Virus record (IMG/VR): IMGVR_UViG_3300043411_001639
Location: 32,001-96,000 of that record
DNA: 64,000 nucleotides
Direction: 5' to 3' (one strand)
Source: a virus
Below are positions 46,045 to 55,903 of this stretch, piece by piece. Made by a program: the position numbers and the translations under genes. The notes under the pieces were generated by a model. The model saw only the letters and a list, made by a program, of their open reading frames with translations, made no database searches and was not told where the DNA came from. The number at the start of each line of letters is the position of its first letter. Position 1 is the first letter of the stretch.

Positions 46045-46668
46045 ATGGGATTTTACGATCAAACAGTTGAGTTAAAACAACTTAACACAGACAGAGTTGA
46101 ATGGTTTATAAGTTTGTGTAAAGATAAAAAAGTATTACATGTGGGCTGTGTAGATTGGCCTGTGTTTAATCCTGAGAGTAATTTACACATGACTCTTAGT
46201 AAACACACAAAGGAACTTGTAGGAGTTGATACAAACGTAGAAGGATTACAAGATTTACATGCATTTTGTGGTGGGAGATATCTAACAGAGTTAACGACTC
46301 TAGGTAAAGAGCAATTTGATGTTGTTCTAGTTCCAGAAACCATAGAACATGTTTTGAATGCTGGAGATTTCATGAAACAACTTATGTTGTTCTGTAAGTT
46401 TAAAACACTTGTCATCACAGCACCAAATGCTATGATGACTGAACCTTCTAAAGTATGGAACGATAGCAAGTATGACAAACTAGCTTCGGGTAAATGTCTG
46501 TTTACTGAGGTTGTACATCCAGATCATAAGTGTTGGTATAGTCCTTATACACTAATGAATCTCGTAAAAACTTGTTGTGGTGAACACTGGGAAATAGAAG
46601 AAGTAGGAACTCTCTGTAATACTTCAATGGTTTATGTAAAGGTAAAACAACGTGATGAAGAGTGGTAA
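46045..46668 (+). CDS. class I SAM-dependent methyltransferase
   Basis: VLHVGC, FDVVL..ETIEHV, ITAPN. Confidence 0.85.
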   Translation: MGFYDQTVELKQLNTDRVEWFISLCKDKKVLHVGCVDWPVFNPESNLHMTLSKHTKELVGVDTNVEGLQDLHAFCGGRYLTELTTLGKEQFDVVLVPETIEHVLNAGDFMKQLMLFCKFKTLVITAPNAMMTEPSKVWNDSKYDKLASGKCLFTEVVHPDHKCWYSPYTLMNLVKTCCGEHWEIEEVGTLCNTSMVYVKVKQRDEEW

Positions 46669-47545
46669 CAGACCAATAAAAATACTTGTTCTTGGATCAA
46701 CGGGTATGGCAGGACATACTGTGTTCAAATATCTTAGTGAAAATCCATTGTTTGAAGTCTATGGTTATAAAAGATTTAATATTGCGGGTTATGTTGCTAT
46801 GGGTGATGGTATTCAAAAAACAATAGAAAATGTTACCTTCAATTTATACCAAATAGAACCTGATTATGTTATCAACTGTATAGGACTTATTAAACAACGT
46901 GAAGGAACTAAGCTAGTAGATCATTTAGAAACTAATGGTATGTTTCCTGTTTGGTTATCATCAACATTCCCAAGAGTCAAGATCATACACTTAAGTTCTG
47001 ATTGTGTGTTCTCAGGAACCTTACCAGTTGGTTCAGCCTATAAGACACATGATTTTACTGATGCTTGTGACAACTATGGAATATCAAAAGCAATGGGTGA
47101 GAACTGTTGGAAACTAGGAGCTATGGTTCTTAGAACTTCAATCATAGGAATTGAGGAACAGAACAACAAAGGATTGGTTGAGTGGGTATTGAGAGAAAAT
47201 AAAGAAGTTCTTGATGGGTATACCAATCATTTATGGAATGGAGTATTAACAACTGAGTTAGCAAGAAAAATAGAACAGATTATAACTGAGGATAGGTTTG
47301 TTCCAGAACTATATCAACTAGGTTCACCAGAACTTGTATCAAAATATCGGTTAGTTGAAATGATAACAGCAATGTTATCTGATTTTGAAAAAACACAGTT
47401 CAAAAAAACCGTTAAACCAGTTTCAAAGCATTTTCCTATAAACAGAGTTCTGAAATCTGATTTCTCTGATGTAAAACCATTGTTTGAACAGTTTCTAGAT
47501 CACAAAAACTTCATGTTAAAACACAATATGGACAAGAGACCATGA
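46652..47545 (+). CDS. RmlD-like nucleotide-sugar 4-reductase
   Basis: LGSTGMAG, VINCIG, SSDCVFSG, YGISK, LRTSIIG. Confidence 0.88.
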   Translation: MMKSGNRPIKILVLGSTGMAGHTVFKYLSENPLFEVYGYKRFNIAGYVAMGDGIQKTIENVTFNLYQIEPDYVINCIGLIKQREGTKLVDHLETNGMFPVWLSSTFPRVKIIHLSSDCVFSGTLPVGSAYKTHDFTDACDNYGISKAMGENCWKLGAMVLRTSIIGIEEQNNKGLVEWVLRENKEVLDGYTNHLWNGVLTTELARKIEQIITEDRFVPELYQLGSPELVSKYRLVEMITAMLSDFEKTQFKKTVKPVSKHFPINRVLKSDFSDVKPLFEQFLDHKNFMLKHNMDKRP

Positions 47546-48384
47546 CAATAAAACTATATAGTATTTGTTTTAACAGACCTGATTTAATGCAGATGCAGGT
47601 TGAATCATTCAAGTTCTTTCTTAAGGACAAGCACGAAATAATATTTGTTAACAATGCACCAACAGACAACGTAGCTACTGAGATAAAAAAAGTAGCTGAC
47701 AGTCTGGAGTGCAGATCAATCAGAGTTCAGACAAATTTAGGTAACAATTGGCTTCCAGGTAAAAATCATGCTGATGCCATGAATCTAGTATTGAGAACAG
47801 AGTTTACCAAAGACCAAGGTACTGACTTAGTAGGATTCATGGATAATGATTTCTTTATGGTACTTCCTTTCTCTATTGAAGAACATATGAAAAATGGAGT
47901 AACAATGTCAGGTGTAAAACAAAGAAGAGAGAACTTCTACTATCTTACACCAAATTTATTATTCATGAATAAATCATTGTTACCTAATATTCAAAACATA
48001 GATCTTGAAGGAGTTCATATCAATGGAGTAGCTCTTGATACAGGTGGTGGACTGTATAACTACTTTGAAAAATATCCTCAAGTTAAAGCTGGAGTAAAAG
48101 GAATAGCACATACATGGGTTATGACTTCTGACAGACACAACACTCATAACATTCCAGATGAATTAATAGCAGAGTATAAAGATGACTATGTGTTAGAACT
48201 ATATCAAAACTCTTTCTTGCATTACTGTAGATCATCAAACTGGGATCAACAGAGTTATGATTTTCATAAAGAAAAGACAGGGTTTGTAAGGAAATTTGTG
48301 TATGGTTCAATGAGTGGTTTAATCCACCCAAAGAAACTAGATTTCCAGATTGTTGATTCAATATTTGGATGGGATGGACTATGA
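47542..48384 (+). CDS. GT-A-like glycosyltransferase
   Basis: FMDNDFF (DxD), LDTGGG, FLHY..SSNW. Confidence 0.65.
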   Translation: MTIKLYSICFNRPDLMQMQVESFKFFLKDKHEIIFVNNAPTDNVATEIKKVADSLECRSIRVQTNLGNNWLPGKNHADAMNLVLRTEFTKDQGTDLVGFMDNDFFMVLPFSIEEHMKNGVTMSGVKQRRENFYYLTPNLLFMNKSLLPNIQNIDLEGVHINGVALDTGGGLYNYFEKYPQVKAGVKGIAHTWVMTSDRHNTHNIPDELIAEYKDDYVLELYQNSFLHYCRSSNWDQQSYDFHKEKTGFVRKFVYGSMSGLIHPKKLDFQIVDSIFGWDGL

Positions 48385-49418
48385 CATTTATACCAGAACT
48401 AGTAGGTGAAAAAATATTGATTTTTGGAGGAGCAGGTTCACTAGGAACTAAACTCTGTCAGACATTTCTCTCAAAAAGAAAAAATCAAGTTTATTCTTGT
48501 TCAAGAGATGAAGCTAAACAATGGCAACTAAAACAATTGTTCAGTCAACAAGACAGAGAGTTATTAACTACTGGAATCTGTGACATCAGAGATATCAGAC
48601 AGGTTGAGTCAATTATATTTGCTATTAAACCAAGCATTATTATAATAGCTTCCGCTATGAAACAGGTTGACACTTGTGAAGCATTTCCGTATGAATCTGT
48701 TAAAACTAACGTTGATGGAATAAATAATATACTAGAAATAGTAAGGAAATATTCAGACCTAGCAGATCAACAATATACCAAACGACTTACCGTTTGTTTT
48801 ATATCAACAGACAAAGCTTGTAGTCCAGTAAACACCTACGGAATGTGTAAGAGTATTGCTGAAAGACTAGTACAAAACCAAGCTGTTGAAAACAAAAAAG
48901 TGAAGTATCTCACAGTAAGATATGGTAACGTAGTAAACAGTAAAGGAAGTATAGTTCCACTGTTACAAGAACAACTTAAGAATCCTGGTTTTAATCTTAC
49001 TCTAACAGATCCAAGAATGACTAGGTTTATGATGACAATGGAAGAATCTGTTGAGTTAATCATTCAATCAATCTACTCAGGTTCATCAGGTGATATCTGG
49101 ATTCCTAAACTTGACTCAATGTCAATGTCAGATCTATTCCAGTGGTTTAGTAATAAACATACTAGGAAAGTTGAAATAACAGGCATTAGACCCGGCGAGA
49201 AAATTCATGAAGTATTATATAACCAAGATGAGTCAAGATATATTCAAGAGTTTTCTAGAGGCTCCAGGGCACCTTACTACGTCATCAATAAAAATAAACT
49301 GAGTGATACAAAAGGTTTTAAACTCCATGAGTTTTCTTCTGAACACAACGTGATATCACCAGAGGTTCTAGCTAACAGACTTGAAGAGTTTTTTAAATCT
49401 GGAAGTTATCAACGATGA
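48381..49418 (+). CDS. UDP-GlcNAc 4,6-dehydratase (FnlA/PseB/CapD family)
   Basis: GGAGSLG, SRDE, STDKA..PVNTYG..K, RYGNV..SKGS, MTRF, GIRPGEKIHE. Confidence 0.92.
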   Translation: MTFIPELVGEKILIFGGAGSLGTKLCQTFLSKRKNQVYSCSRDEAKQWQLKQLFSQQDRELLTTGICDIRDIRQVESIIFAIKPSIIIIASAMKQVDTCEAFPYESVKTNVDGINNILEIVRKYSDLADQQYTKRLTVCFISTDKACSPVNTYGMCKSIAERLVQNQAVENKKVKYLTVRYGNVVNSKGSIVPLLQEQLKNPGFNLTLTDPRMTRFMMTMEESVELIIQSIYSGSSGDIWIPKLDSMSMSDLFQWFSNKHTRKVEITGIRPGEKIHEVLYNQDESRYIQEFSRGSRAPYYVINKNKLSDTKGFKLHEFSSEHNVISPEVLANRLEEFFKSGSYQR

Positions 49419-49425
49419 GAAAAGT

Positions 49426-50187
49426 TCAATCTCTATCAGCAAACCCACCAGCCCAACCAAGATCAAGTATTTTTGGTCCTTTGGCCCAATGCTCAATTCT
49501 TTGAAGATCTCCCATTCCTAGATCATAGGTTGCTATCAAATCAAGGAACTCAGTTAAAGCTCTGTTCTTAGTATAGGGAGTAACATCAACTTCAGAACAG
49601 TCTTTTTCACTAATTTCATAATGATATTCTTCTTCAGTTTCTTCATATTCTTTCTGAAGTTCTTCTTCTGTTTTCTGTCTACCAAACAAGTTACAGATAA
49701 CTTGTTCAAGACTAGCTTCTCTGTCTCTTCTTGATTCTTCAACTATCTCAAAGAACGTATAAAAATCTATTCCTGTTTCTTGTTCAAATTCTTCCTCTGA
49801 TTCAAGAGGTATTAGTTTTTGAACAACTATCCACAGGTCATCTTCATGTGACACAGGATTGCTAGCAGCAAAATATCTGGTATCTATGTTGTGATATATC
49901 TGAGATTCTTTTTCATTCTGTCTAATTCCAGACCTACTCTTTGCTACTTTTAATACCCAGTATTCATCAATCTCATATACTGTTCTTGAACTACCTTGGT
50001 TGATGTATTTAAATCCATTAGCATCAAGCCATTGAGTTATCTCTTGAACTGTCTTCATCTTACTGATTCCATCAACAACAGTTTTAACTTTTGAATCATT
50101 TTCTTCCATGTAGTCTTCTGGATCATCAAACCAGTTAACAAAAGTTTGATAGTAAGCCTCAAGGAAAATAAACTTGTTGAATTTCAT
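49426..50187 (-). CDS. protein kinase-like protein 4 with capsid-targeting-like N-terminus
   Basis: QGSSRTVY, VLKVA, QNEKE, GDL, ILDLG; begins MKFNKFIFLE. Confidence 0.78.
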   Translation of the reverse strand: MKFNKFIFLEAYYQTFVNWFDDPEDYMEENDSKVKTVVDGISKMKTVQEITQWLDANGFKYINQGSSRTVYEIDEYWVLKVAKSRSGIRQNEKESQIYHNIDTRYFAASNPVSHEDDLWIVVQKLIPLESEEEFEQETGIDFYTFFEIVEESRRDREASLEQVICNLFGRQKTEEELQKEYEETEEEYHYEISEKDCSEVDVTPYTKNRALTEFLDLIATYDLGMGDLQRIEHWAKGPKILDLGWAGGFADRD

Positions 50188-50221
50188 GTTATGTAAATAT
50201 TGTATACACTAAGTTGATAGC

Positions 50222-51151
50222 ATGACAAAACCTAAAGTAATCATATGGGGACACCAGTTATCCGAAGGACACACCCATAGTTTTATACACAATGCTTTTT
50301 ATAGAGCATTTAGCCATCTTGGTTATCAAACTAGTTGGCTTGATAACAACAACTATCAACAGTATAACTTCTCAGACAATGAAAACTATCTGTTCTTAAC
50401 AGAAGGACAGACAGATCAAAACATTCCTATTCTAAAGAATGCTAAGTATGTTTTACACAACTGCAACCTCAACAAGTACCAATCCATATTCCCCAACACC
50501 CTTAATATCCAAGTTTATACAAAACGTGCAAGAGATAATCAAGAACAAAGAAAACTAGTCTATCTTGATAAACCTTGCCACTGGTATCAACCAAATCCTG
50601 TTTTAGATGATCCTCAACATGGGATAGATAATAGAACTTTGTATTTTATTTGGGGAACTAATTTATTACCAAATGAGTTTCCTGAACCTATGTTAGATTT
50701 TACTGGTGTGTCTGATACTGTTTATTGGGTTGGTAGTATCTGTGGTGGTTATCATGGAAATGATGTTGAATTAAATAAATTCATACAAGGTTGTACTGAG
50801 CATAATATTAAATTTCAACACCTTAAGATTCCAGAGGGTAAACCAACTATCAAAGCTATCAGAACTTCTTATGTAGCTCCTGCGTTGCAAGGTAACTGGC
50901 AAGTTGAGAATGAATACATTCCCTGTCGCGTGTTCAAAAACATATCCTATGGTAGAATTCCAGCTACTAACAACCTAGCAGTTGCAAAACTGTTCAGTGA
51001 CCAGATTCCCTATGTTAAAGACTGTGAAAACATCTGTGAAGTAAACTGGAACCAGGAGAGGAAACTAAACAACATCAAAGATCTACAAGAACAAGTAAGA
51101 CAAAACCACACTTATATCAACAGAATTAACTCAATCATGGAAGTGCTATGA
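50222..51151 (+). CDS. GT-B-like (CgeB-type) glycosyltransferase
   Basis: HTHSFIH, YIPCRVFKNISYG, HTYINRI. Confidence 0.7.
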   Translation: MTKPKVIIWGHQLSEGHTHSFIHNAFYRAFSHLGYQTSWLDNNNYQQYNFSDNENYLFLTEGQTDQNIPILKNAKYVLHNCNLNKYQSIFPNTLNIQVYTKRARDNQEQRKLVYLDKPCHWYQPNPVLDDPQHGIDNRTLYFIWGTNLLPNEFPEPMLDFTGVSDTVYWVGSICGGYHGNDVELNKFIQGCTEHNIKFQHLKIPEGKPTIKAIRTSYVAPALQGNWQVENEYIPCRVFKNISYGRIPATNNLAVAKLFSDQIPYVKDCENICEVNWNQERKLNNIKDLQEQVRQNHTYINRINSIMEVL

Positions 51152-51408
51152 ACAGTAATAAAATCATATCCAATAAAAAACTAACCAATAAAATTCTAAA
51201 ACCACTATATCAACCTGGTAAAGGAATTAATTCCGGTTGTTTGATTGACAGTTTTCTTAACATTGAAACAGGTGAAGAATATAAATCAACTAATAACAAC
51301 AGTAAAACAGGTGTAAAATACAAAAAAGTCCCAAAAGAAAATAGTGCTGACTACACCTATGATATTAAAACTAGAACATTTACCTACTGGAAGGAACAAG
51401 AGAAATGA
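51148..51408 (+). CDS. small basic protein, TG(R/K/V)K(F/Y)K family
   Basis: KTGVKYKK..YWKE. Confidence 0.65.
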   Translation: MNSNKIISNKKLTNKILKPLYQPGKGINSGCLIDSFLNIETGEEYKSTNNNSKTGVKYKKVPKENSADYTYDIKTRTFTYWKEQEK

Positions 51409-51719
51409 AACCAAACTACGCAAAAGAAGCAGTAGCATCAACCCCTCAATTTATACTCAGCAAACCTAAACCAATAATAATTGGAAAACACAAATATTCC
51501 GGTGTTTGGTTTGATCACATCACTAAAAAAGAATTTGGTATAAAGATTGGATCAAACGTACAAACAGAGACAGGAAGAAAGTTTAAATGTGTTGAAACTA
51601 GAATGGTTTCACAACATGAACTTGTTGATTGTTCTAAATATAAAAACAAAAAAATCTATGTCAGTTATCCTGACAGTACCGAGAAGTGTAAAGCAGAAAT
51701 CTGGATGTTAGTAGAGTGA
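51405..51719 (+). CDS. small basic protein, TG(R/K/V)K(F/Y)K family
   Basis: ETGRKFK..KYKN..IWMLV. Confidence 0.7.
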   Translation: MKPNYAKEAVASTPQFILSKPKPIIIGKHKYSGVWFDHITKKEFGIKIGSNVQTETGRKFKCVETRMVSQHELVDCSKYKNKKIYVSYPDSTEKCKAEIWMLVE

Positions 51720-51985
51720 CTATGAACCAGGAAACAAAAAAATATCTTGGAGAGAAACTCAGTCAAGCTAAGATAACATGTGATATCGTTACATTAACTA
51801 TTAAAATAAACGGTAAAACAACTATTTTAGATCAAGATGGTACAGCCTATGAAGTGTTCTTCTGTACACACCAAAAATTATCTAATTTTTCTGGGTTGTT
51901 AATAAAACTTGGGATTCTAATTCCTTTTGAATCTAAAACAAAAGGCAAAGGCCACGCAATATTAAGGAAAATTAATGAACAGTAA
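51716..51985 (+). CDS. small basic protein, paralogue of 51975
   Basis: MNQETKKYLGEK resembles MNSKTKEYLIDK. Confidence 0.7.
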   Translation: MTMNQETKKYLGEKLSQAKITCDIVTLTIKINGKTTILDQDGTAYEVFFCTHQKLSNFSGLLIKLGILIPFESKTKGKGHAILRKINEQ

Positions 51986-52244
51986 AACCAAAGAGTATCT
52001 AATAGACAAATTTAAACAAGGTACAGTAACCTGGGATAACGGAATTTTTAAGTTAAATAAAAAAGACAAGGTTGCTGATGAACAAGGAAAACTCTATCAG
52101 ATTATGTGTTCTTACAGATATCAAGAACCTTATAAACAGTTTGGAACAACAATATCAAAGTTTGAAAAACTTGATTACAACCACATAAAATATAGAATAA
52201 ACAAACTTTGTTGCTCAGTGTTTCTAAGAGAAATTAAACCATGA
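51975..52244 (+). CDS. small basic protein
   Basis: paralogue of 51716. Confidence 0.7.
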   Translation: MNSKTKEYLIDKFKQGTVTWDNGIFKLNKKDKVADEQGKLYQIMCSYRYQEPYKQFGTTISKFEKLDYNHIKYRINKLCCSVFLREIKP

Positions 52245-52564
52245 AAACTGCTATCAACTTAGAAAATTACTATCTTACAATAGTAACAAACCTTGAAAAA
52301 CATAACAAAAAGAGAGAACTACAACTAGGAGGATTACCATTCTATAACTGTCTTGATAAACAAGGATATGAATGGGAAGTTGTTATGACCGCAACAGGTG
52401 CTATTACTAGAGTGTTTAAAACAGGTAAGAAGTTTAAGAGACAACAAGTTATAGAAAGATTTAGTTGGAAGAAGATGAAAAATCAATATGTGACAGGTGA
52501 AAACACTGGTGGTGAAACAGGTTTAATTAAAAAATTTATCATATGGAAAGAGGTTAAATCATGA
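52241..52564 (+). CDS. small basic protein, TG(R/K/V)K(F/Y)K family
   Basis: KTGKKFK..IWKEV. Confidence 0.7.
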   Translation: MKTAINLENYYLTIVTNLEKHNKKRELQLGGLPFYNCLDKQGYEWEVVMTATGAITRVFKTGKKFKRQQVIERFSWKKMKNQYVTGENTGGETGLIKKFIIWKEVKS

Positions 52565-53286
52565 AAGAACAGTTTCAACAACTCAAACTAAATCTAGAAC
52601 CATTTGGTTATTTCAAACCAACAGATCCTGTTTTAAATGGATTAAGAAGGGGTAACTGGGGAAGTAGGGAATTTGAATACATGTGGGCATCCAAGATAGT
52701 TTCTGTTAAAGACAAGGATGTTTTAGATCTTGGTACTGGAATGCCTAGTGATCATAACTGGCATCAGTTTGTCAGAGAGTATCTTGAACCAACCTCATAT
52801 GTTGGAATTGATATCAATGAACGTATGAAACAAGAAGAGATCAATGAACCAAGCCATAAGATGTTGTGGATGGACATGACGGATCTTAAGTTTCCAGATC
52901 AAACATTTGATGTTGTTTATTCATTGTCAACCTATGAACATATTCCAGTAGCAGAACAGTTCTTCAAAGCTATGGAAGAAACACACAGGGTTATGAAACC
53001 AGGAGGAATCTTAGTGGTAACTCTTGATGAAATATGGAACACTCTACTAAAACCAGAACAGTGTATTTGTTCAACCTGGAATGATCTTGAAAGAGATTTA
53101 GTAAAGAAAAATTGTGTTGATACTATTAAAGGTGTTAGTTTTGGAATAGAAGACTTTACAGACCTAGTAAAACAATGGTTTAAACCTGTCACAGAACCAC
53201 CTGTTAAACAAAACGCGCAACAAGGACTCTTGTATTCCAGAGAGTATAACAGTGTTGTATCACACGGAGTATATCAAAAAATATGA
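52561..53286 (+). CDS. class I SAM-dependent methyltransferase
   Basis: VLDLGTG, GIDI, FPDQTFDVV, RVMKPGG. Confidence 0.9.
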   Translation: MKEQFQQLKLNLEPFGYFKPTDPVLNGLRRGNWGSREFEYMWASKIVSVKDKDVLDLGTGMPSDHNWHQFVREYLEPTSYVGIDINERMKQEEINEPSHKMLWMDMTDLKFPDQTFDVVYSLSTYEHIPVAEQFFKAMEETHRVMKPGGILVVTLDEIWNTLLKPEQCICSTWNDLERDLVKKNCVDTIKGVSFGIEDFTDLVKQWFKPVTEPPVKQNAQQGLLYSREYNSVVSHGVYQKI

Positions 53287-53606
53287 AAACACAAACTAAT
53301 TTAACTCATTATTATTGTTATGAAAAATTTAATTTCAATTCTAAAAAAGATTGTTTAGTATTAGATCTTAGTGCAATTAAAACAAATCCGAAAATTGGTT
53401 TTATTGTTAGGGAAAAAACAAATAATTTAGGTAAAACTAACAGCTATACTGGAAGGAAATTTAAATTGATTAAAATACAAAAACAACGATTTGAAGTTCA
53501 AGATTTTGTTAAATATAAAAATTGTTATGTTAGATGCTACTGTTGTTATAGCAGCGAAATTGTTCATAGAGAATTATGGGTATTGGTAAATGAAGATAAT
53601 AAATGA
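53283..53606 (+). CDS. small basic protein, TG(R/K/V)K(F/Y)K family
   Basis: YTGRKFK..KYKN..LWVLV. Confidence 0.7.
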   Translation: MKTQTNLTHYYCYEKFNFNSKKDCLVLDLSAIKTNPKIGFIVREKTNNLGKTNSYTGRKFKLIKIQKQRFEVQDFVKYKNCYVRCYCCYSSEIVHRELWVLVNEDNK

Positions 53607-53755
53607 ATTAATTGTTGAAGATACGTTTGAAGAAACATTAAAGTTAATAGTTGAAAACCATTCAAGTAAAGAATTTATTTACTTAACTCTTAATGGTAAA
53701 ACAGTTATAGTAAATGCTCAGTTATTAACTAAGGCAATTGAGAATGCGGTAAATC

Positions 53756-54523
53756 ATGCCTGATGAAAACCTATTAGATTATAGAAACACTGTGTTTAGT
53801 TCAAAACTAGGTGAAGATGGTATCATTGAAAACATATTCTCTAGGTTTGATATTCATCAGTGTCTTACGAGAATGAATGTTTTAGATTCAAAACTTTCTC
53901 CTAGAACTCTTATTGATATAGGAGCACATGATGGAGTATTTATATCAAATGTAAGAAACCTGATTATTAATCATAGCTGGACAGGTATATTAGTTGAAGG
54001 TGATCCAACAAAAGCAGATAAATGTAGACAATCATTTGAAGGTTACCTTGGTGTTGAAACTAGATGTTGTTACGTTGGTTTCAGAGAAAGAGAAAACAAC
54101 TATGAACAACTGTTTGGAAACTATTCACCAGTAAGTTTCTTGTCAATTGATGTTGATGGTATTGACTATGAGATATTTGAATCAATTCCAGACCACCTAA
54201 AACCTTCTGTTGTCTGTGTTGAAGTATCAGCAGGTATAAATCCTTCTGATCACACAAGACTTCCTTATAGTATTTCAAAAGATAATCTTGGACAAGGTTT
54301 AGGAGTTATGACTGACTTAGCTAATGCTAAGGGCTATGAACTTCTTTGTTATACAGGTAATGCCTTTTATGTTCTACGTGAGCACATGCATATGTTTAAC
54401 ATCAGAGACAACTCACCTGAAACCATGTATTCAAACTTCTGGAAGATTCAAACTATGTCAGACAAACAATATCTTATGGGTTGGTGTAAACAAAACGGTT
54501 ATTACAACCCATTAATGATATGA
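53756..54523 (+). CDS. FkbM-like methyltransferase
   Basis: GEDGII, IDIGAHDG..SN, LSIDVDGIDY. Confidence 0.82.
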   Translation: MPDENLLDYRNTVFSSKLGEDGIIENIFSRFDIHQCLTRMNVLDSKLSPRTLIDIGAHDGVFISNVRNLIINHSWTGILVEGDPTKADKCRQSFEGYLGVETRCCYVGFRERENNYEQLFGNYSPVSFLSIDVDGIDYEIFESIPDHLKPSVVCVEVSAGINPSDHTRLPYSISKDNLGQGLGVMTDLANAKGYELLCYTGNAFYVLREHMHMFNIRDNSPETMYSNFWKIQTMSDKQYLMGWCKQNGYYNPLMI

Positions 54524-54526
54524 TAT

Positions 54527-55903
54527 ATGCTCAAGAAGAAAATTTTAATGTTGTGCGATCATCCCTTGCATCCAAGTGGAGTAGGGATTCAATCAAAACT
54601 ATTAATTGACGGTTTAATAGCTACAGGTAAATATAGTTTCAGAGTTCTTGGTGGTGCCATCAAGCATGGAGACTATAACACAATCAAAGTAAATGAAGAC
54701 TTCTATGTAAAACCAGTTGATGGTTTTGGTAACAAACAGATGATTCATCAACTTCTCCTAACAGAACAACCAGATGCTATTCTAATCTTTACAGATCCAA
54801 GACAGTTTGTTTGGTTATGGGAGATGGAAGATGAAATAAAACAAATCTGTCCAATCCTATACTGGCACGTATGGGACAATGATCCATATCCAGCTTTTAA
54901 TACAGTGTGGTATGACAGTACAGAACTAATCAACTGTTTGTCTTATAAAACTTATAGTCTACTAAAACAGAACTACAAAGGCTCTGAAAAAGTAAATTAT
55001 GTTCCACATGCTTTCCCAAAAACTATGTTTTTCCCAATAGCGGAAACAACAGTCAACCAATATAAACGTAATCATTTTCAAGAAAAACATGACTGGTTTA
55101 AAGTTCTATGGGTAGCACGTAATGCTACAAGAAAATGTCCTTCAGATGTTATGTTAGCATGGAAGATATTCCTTGATCAACTTCAACAGCAACACGGTCA
55201 TAAAAATGCTGTGTTAGTTATGCATACAGATCCAACCGATATGGAAGGACCAAATCTGTTTGAAGTATCAGAACTACTAGGCTTAAAAGACAATGTTTGG
55301 TTTAGTCCAGCAAGAGTAGGGCATGAAGAAATGAACATTCTCTACAACATGTGTGATGTTGTAGTATCTTTAGCTAGAGAAGAAGGTTTTGGACTTCCTT
55401 TATTACAGGCTCTACAAGTAGGAAAACTAGTTGTTGCTCTTAAAACTGGAGGAATGACAAGACAAGTAGTAGATCATAGAACAGGGGTTGAATATGGGGT
55501 TGCCCTAGAACCTGTTGAAAGAAACTTGATAGGTAGTCAAGCTGTTCCATATATCTTCAGTGATATTGGATCAAAACAACAAACCGCTGATGGTTTATTA
55601 AAAATCTATAACATGCCAGTTAGTGAGAGACAACAACTAGGACAACTTGCGAGAGAGTATGTTGATGTTGAATTCAACTATGATAACATGATATCAACTT
55701 GGGATAAAACTATAGAATCAACTCTAGACAATTGGGCATATAACAAACCTGTTCAGTGGGAACTACAAGAAATAGGAATAGTAAATCATATTTTAGATGT
55801 ACAACATCAACTTCCACCTCAACAACAAGCTGCTACTTCAACACCTATTACTTCAAACACAGTTCAGAAACTAAAAATTAATCAACCAAGAGGTATCAAA
55901 TGA
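54527..55903 (+). CDS. GT4 glycosyltransferase
   Basis: SGVG, EEGFGLPLLQA. Confidence 0.9.
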   Translation: MLKKKILMLCDHPLHPSGVGIQSKLLIDGLIATGKYSFRVLGGAIKHGDYNTIKVNEDFYVKPVDGFGNKQMIHQLLLTEQPDAILIFTDPRQFVWLWEMEDEIKQICPILYWHVWDNDPYPAFNTVWYDSTELINCLSYKTYSLLKQNYKGSEKVNYVPHAFPKTMFFPIAETTVNQYKRNHFQEKHDWFKVLWVARNATRKCPSDVMLAWKIFLDQLQQQHGHKNAVLVMHTDPTDMEGPNLFEVSELLGLKDNVWFSPARVGHEEMNILYNMCDVVVSLAREEGFGLPLLQALQVGKLVVALKTGGMTRQVVDHRTGVEYGVALEPVERNLIGSQAVPYIFSDIGSKQQTADGLLKIYNMPVSERQQLGQLAREYVDVEFNYDNMISTWDKTIESTLDNWAYNKPVQWELQEIGIVNHILDVQHQLPPQQQAATSTPITSNTVQKLKINQPRGIK

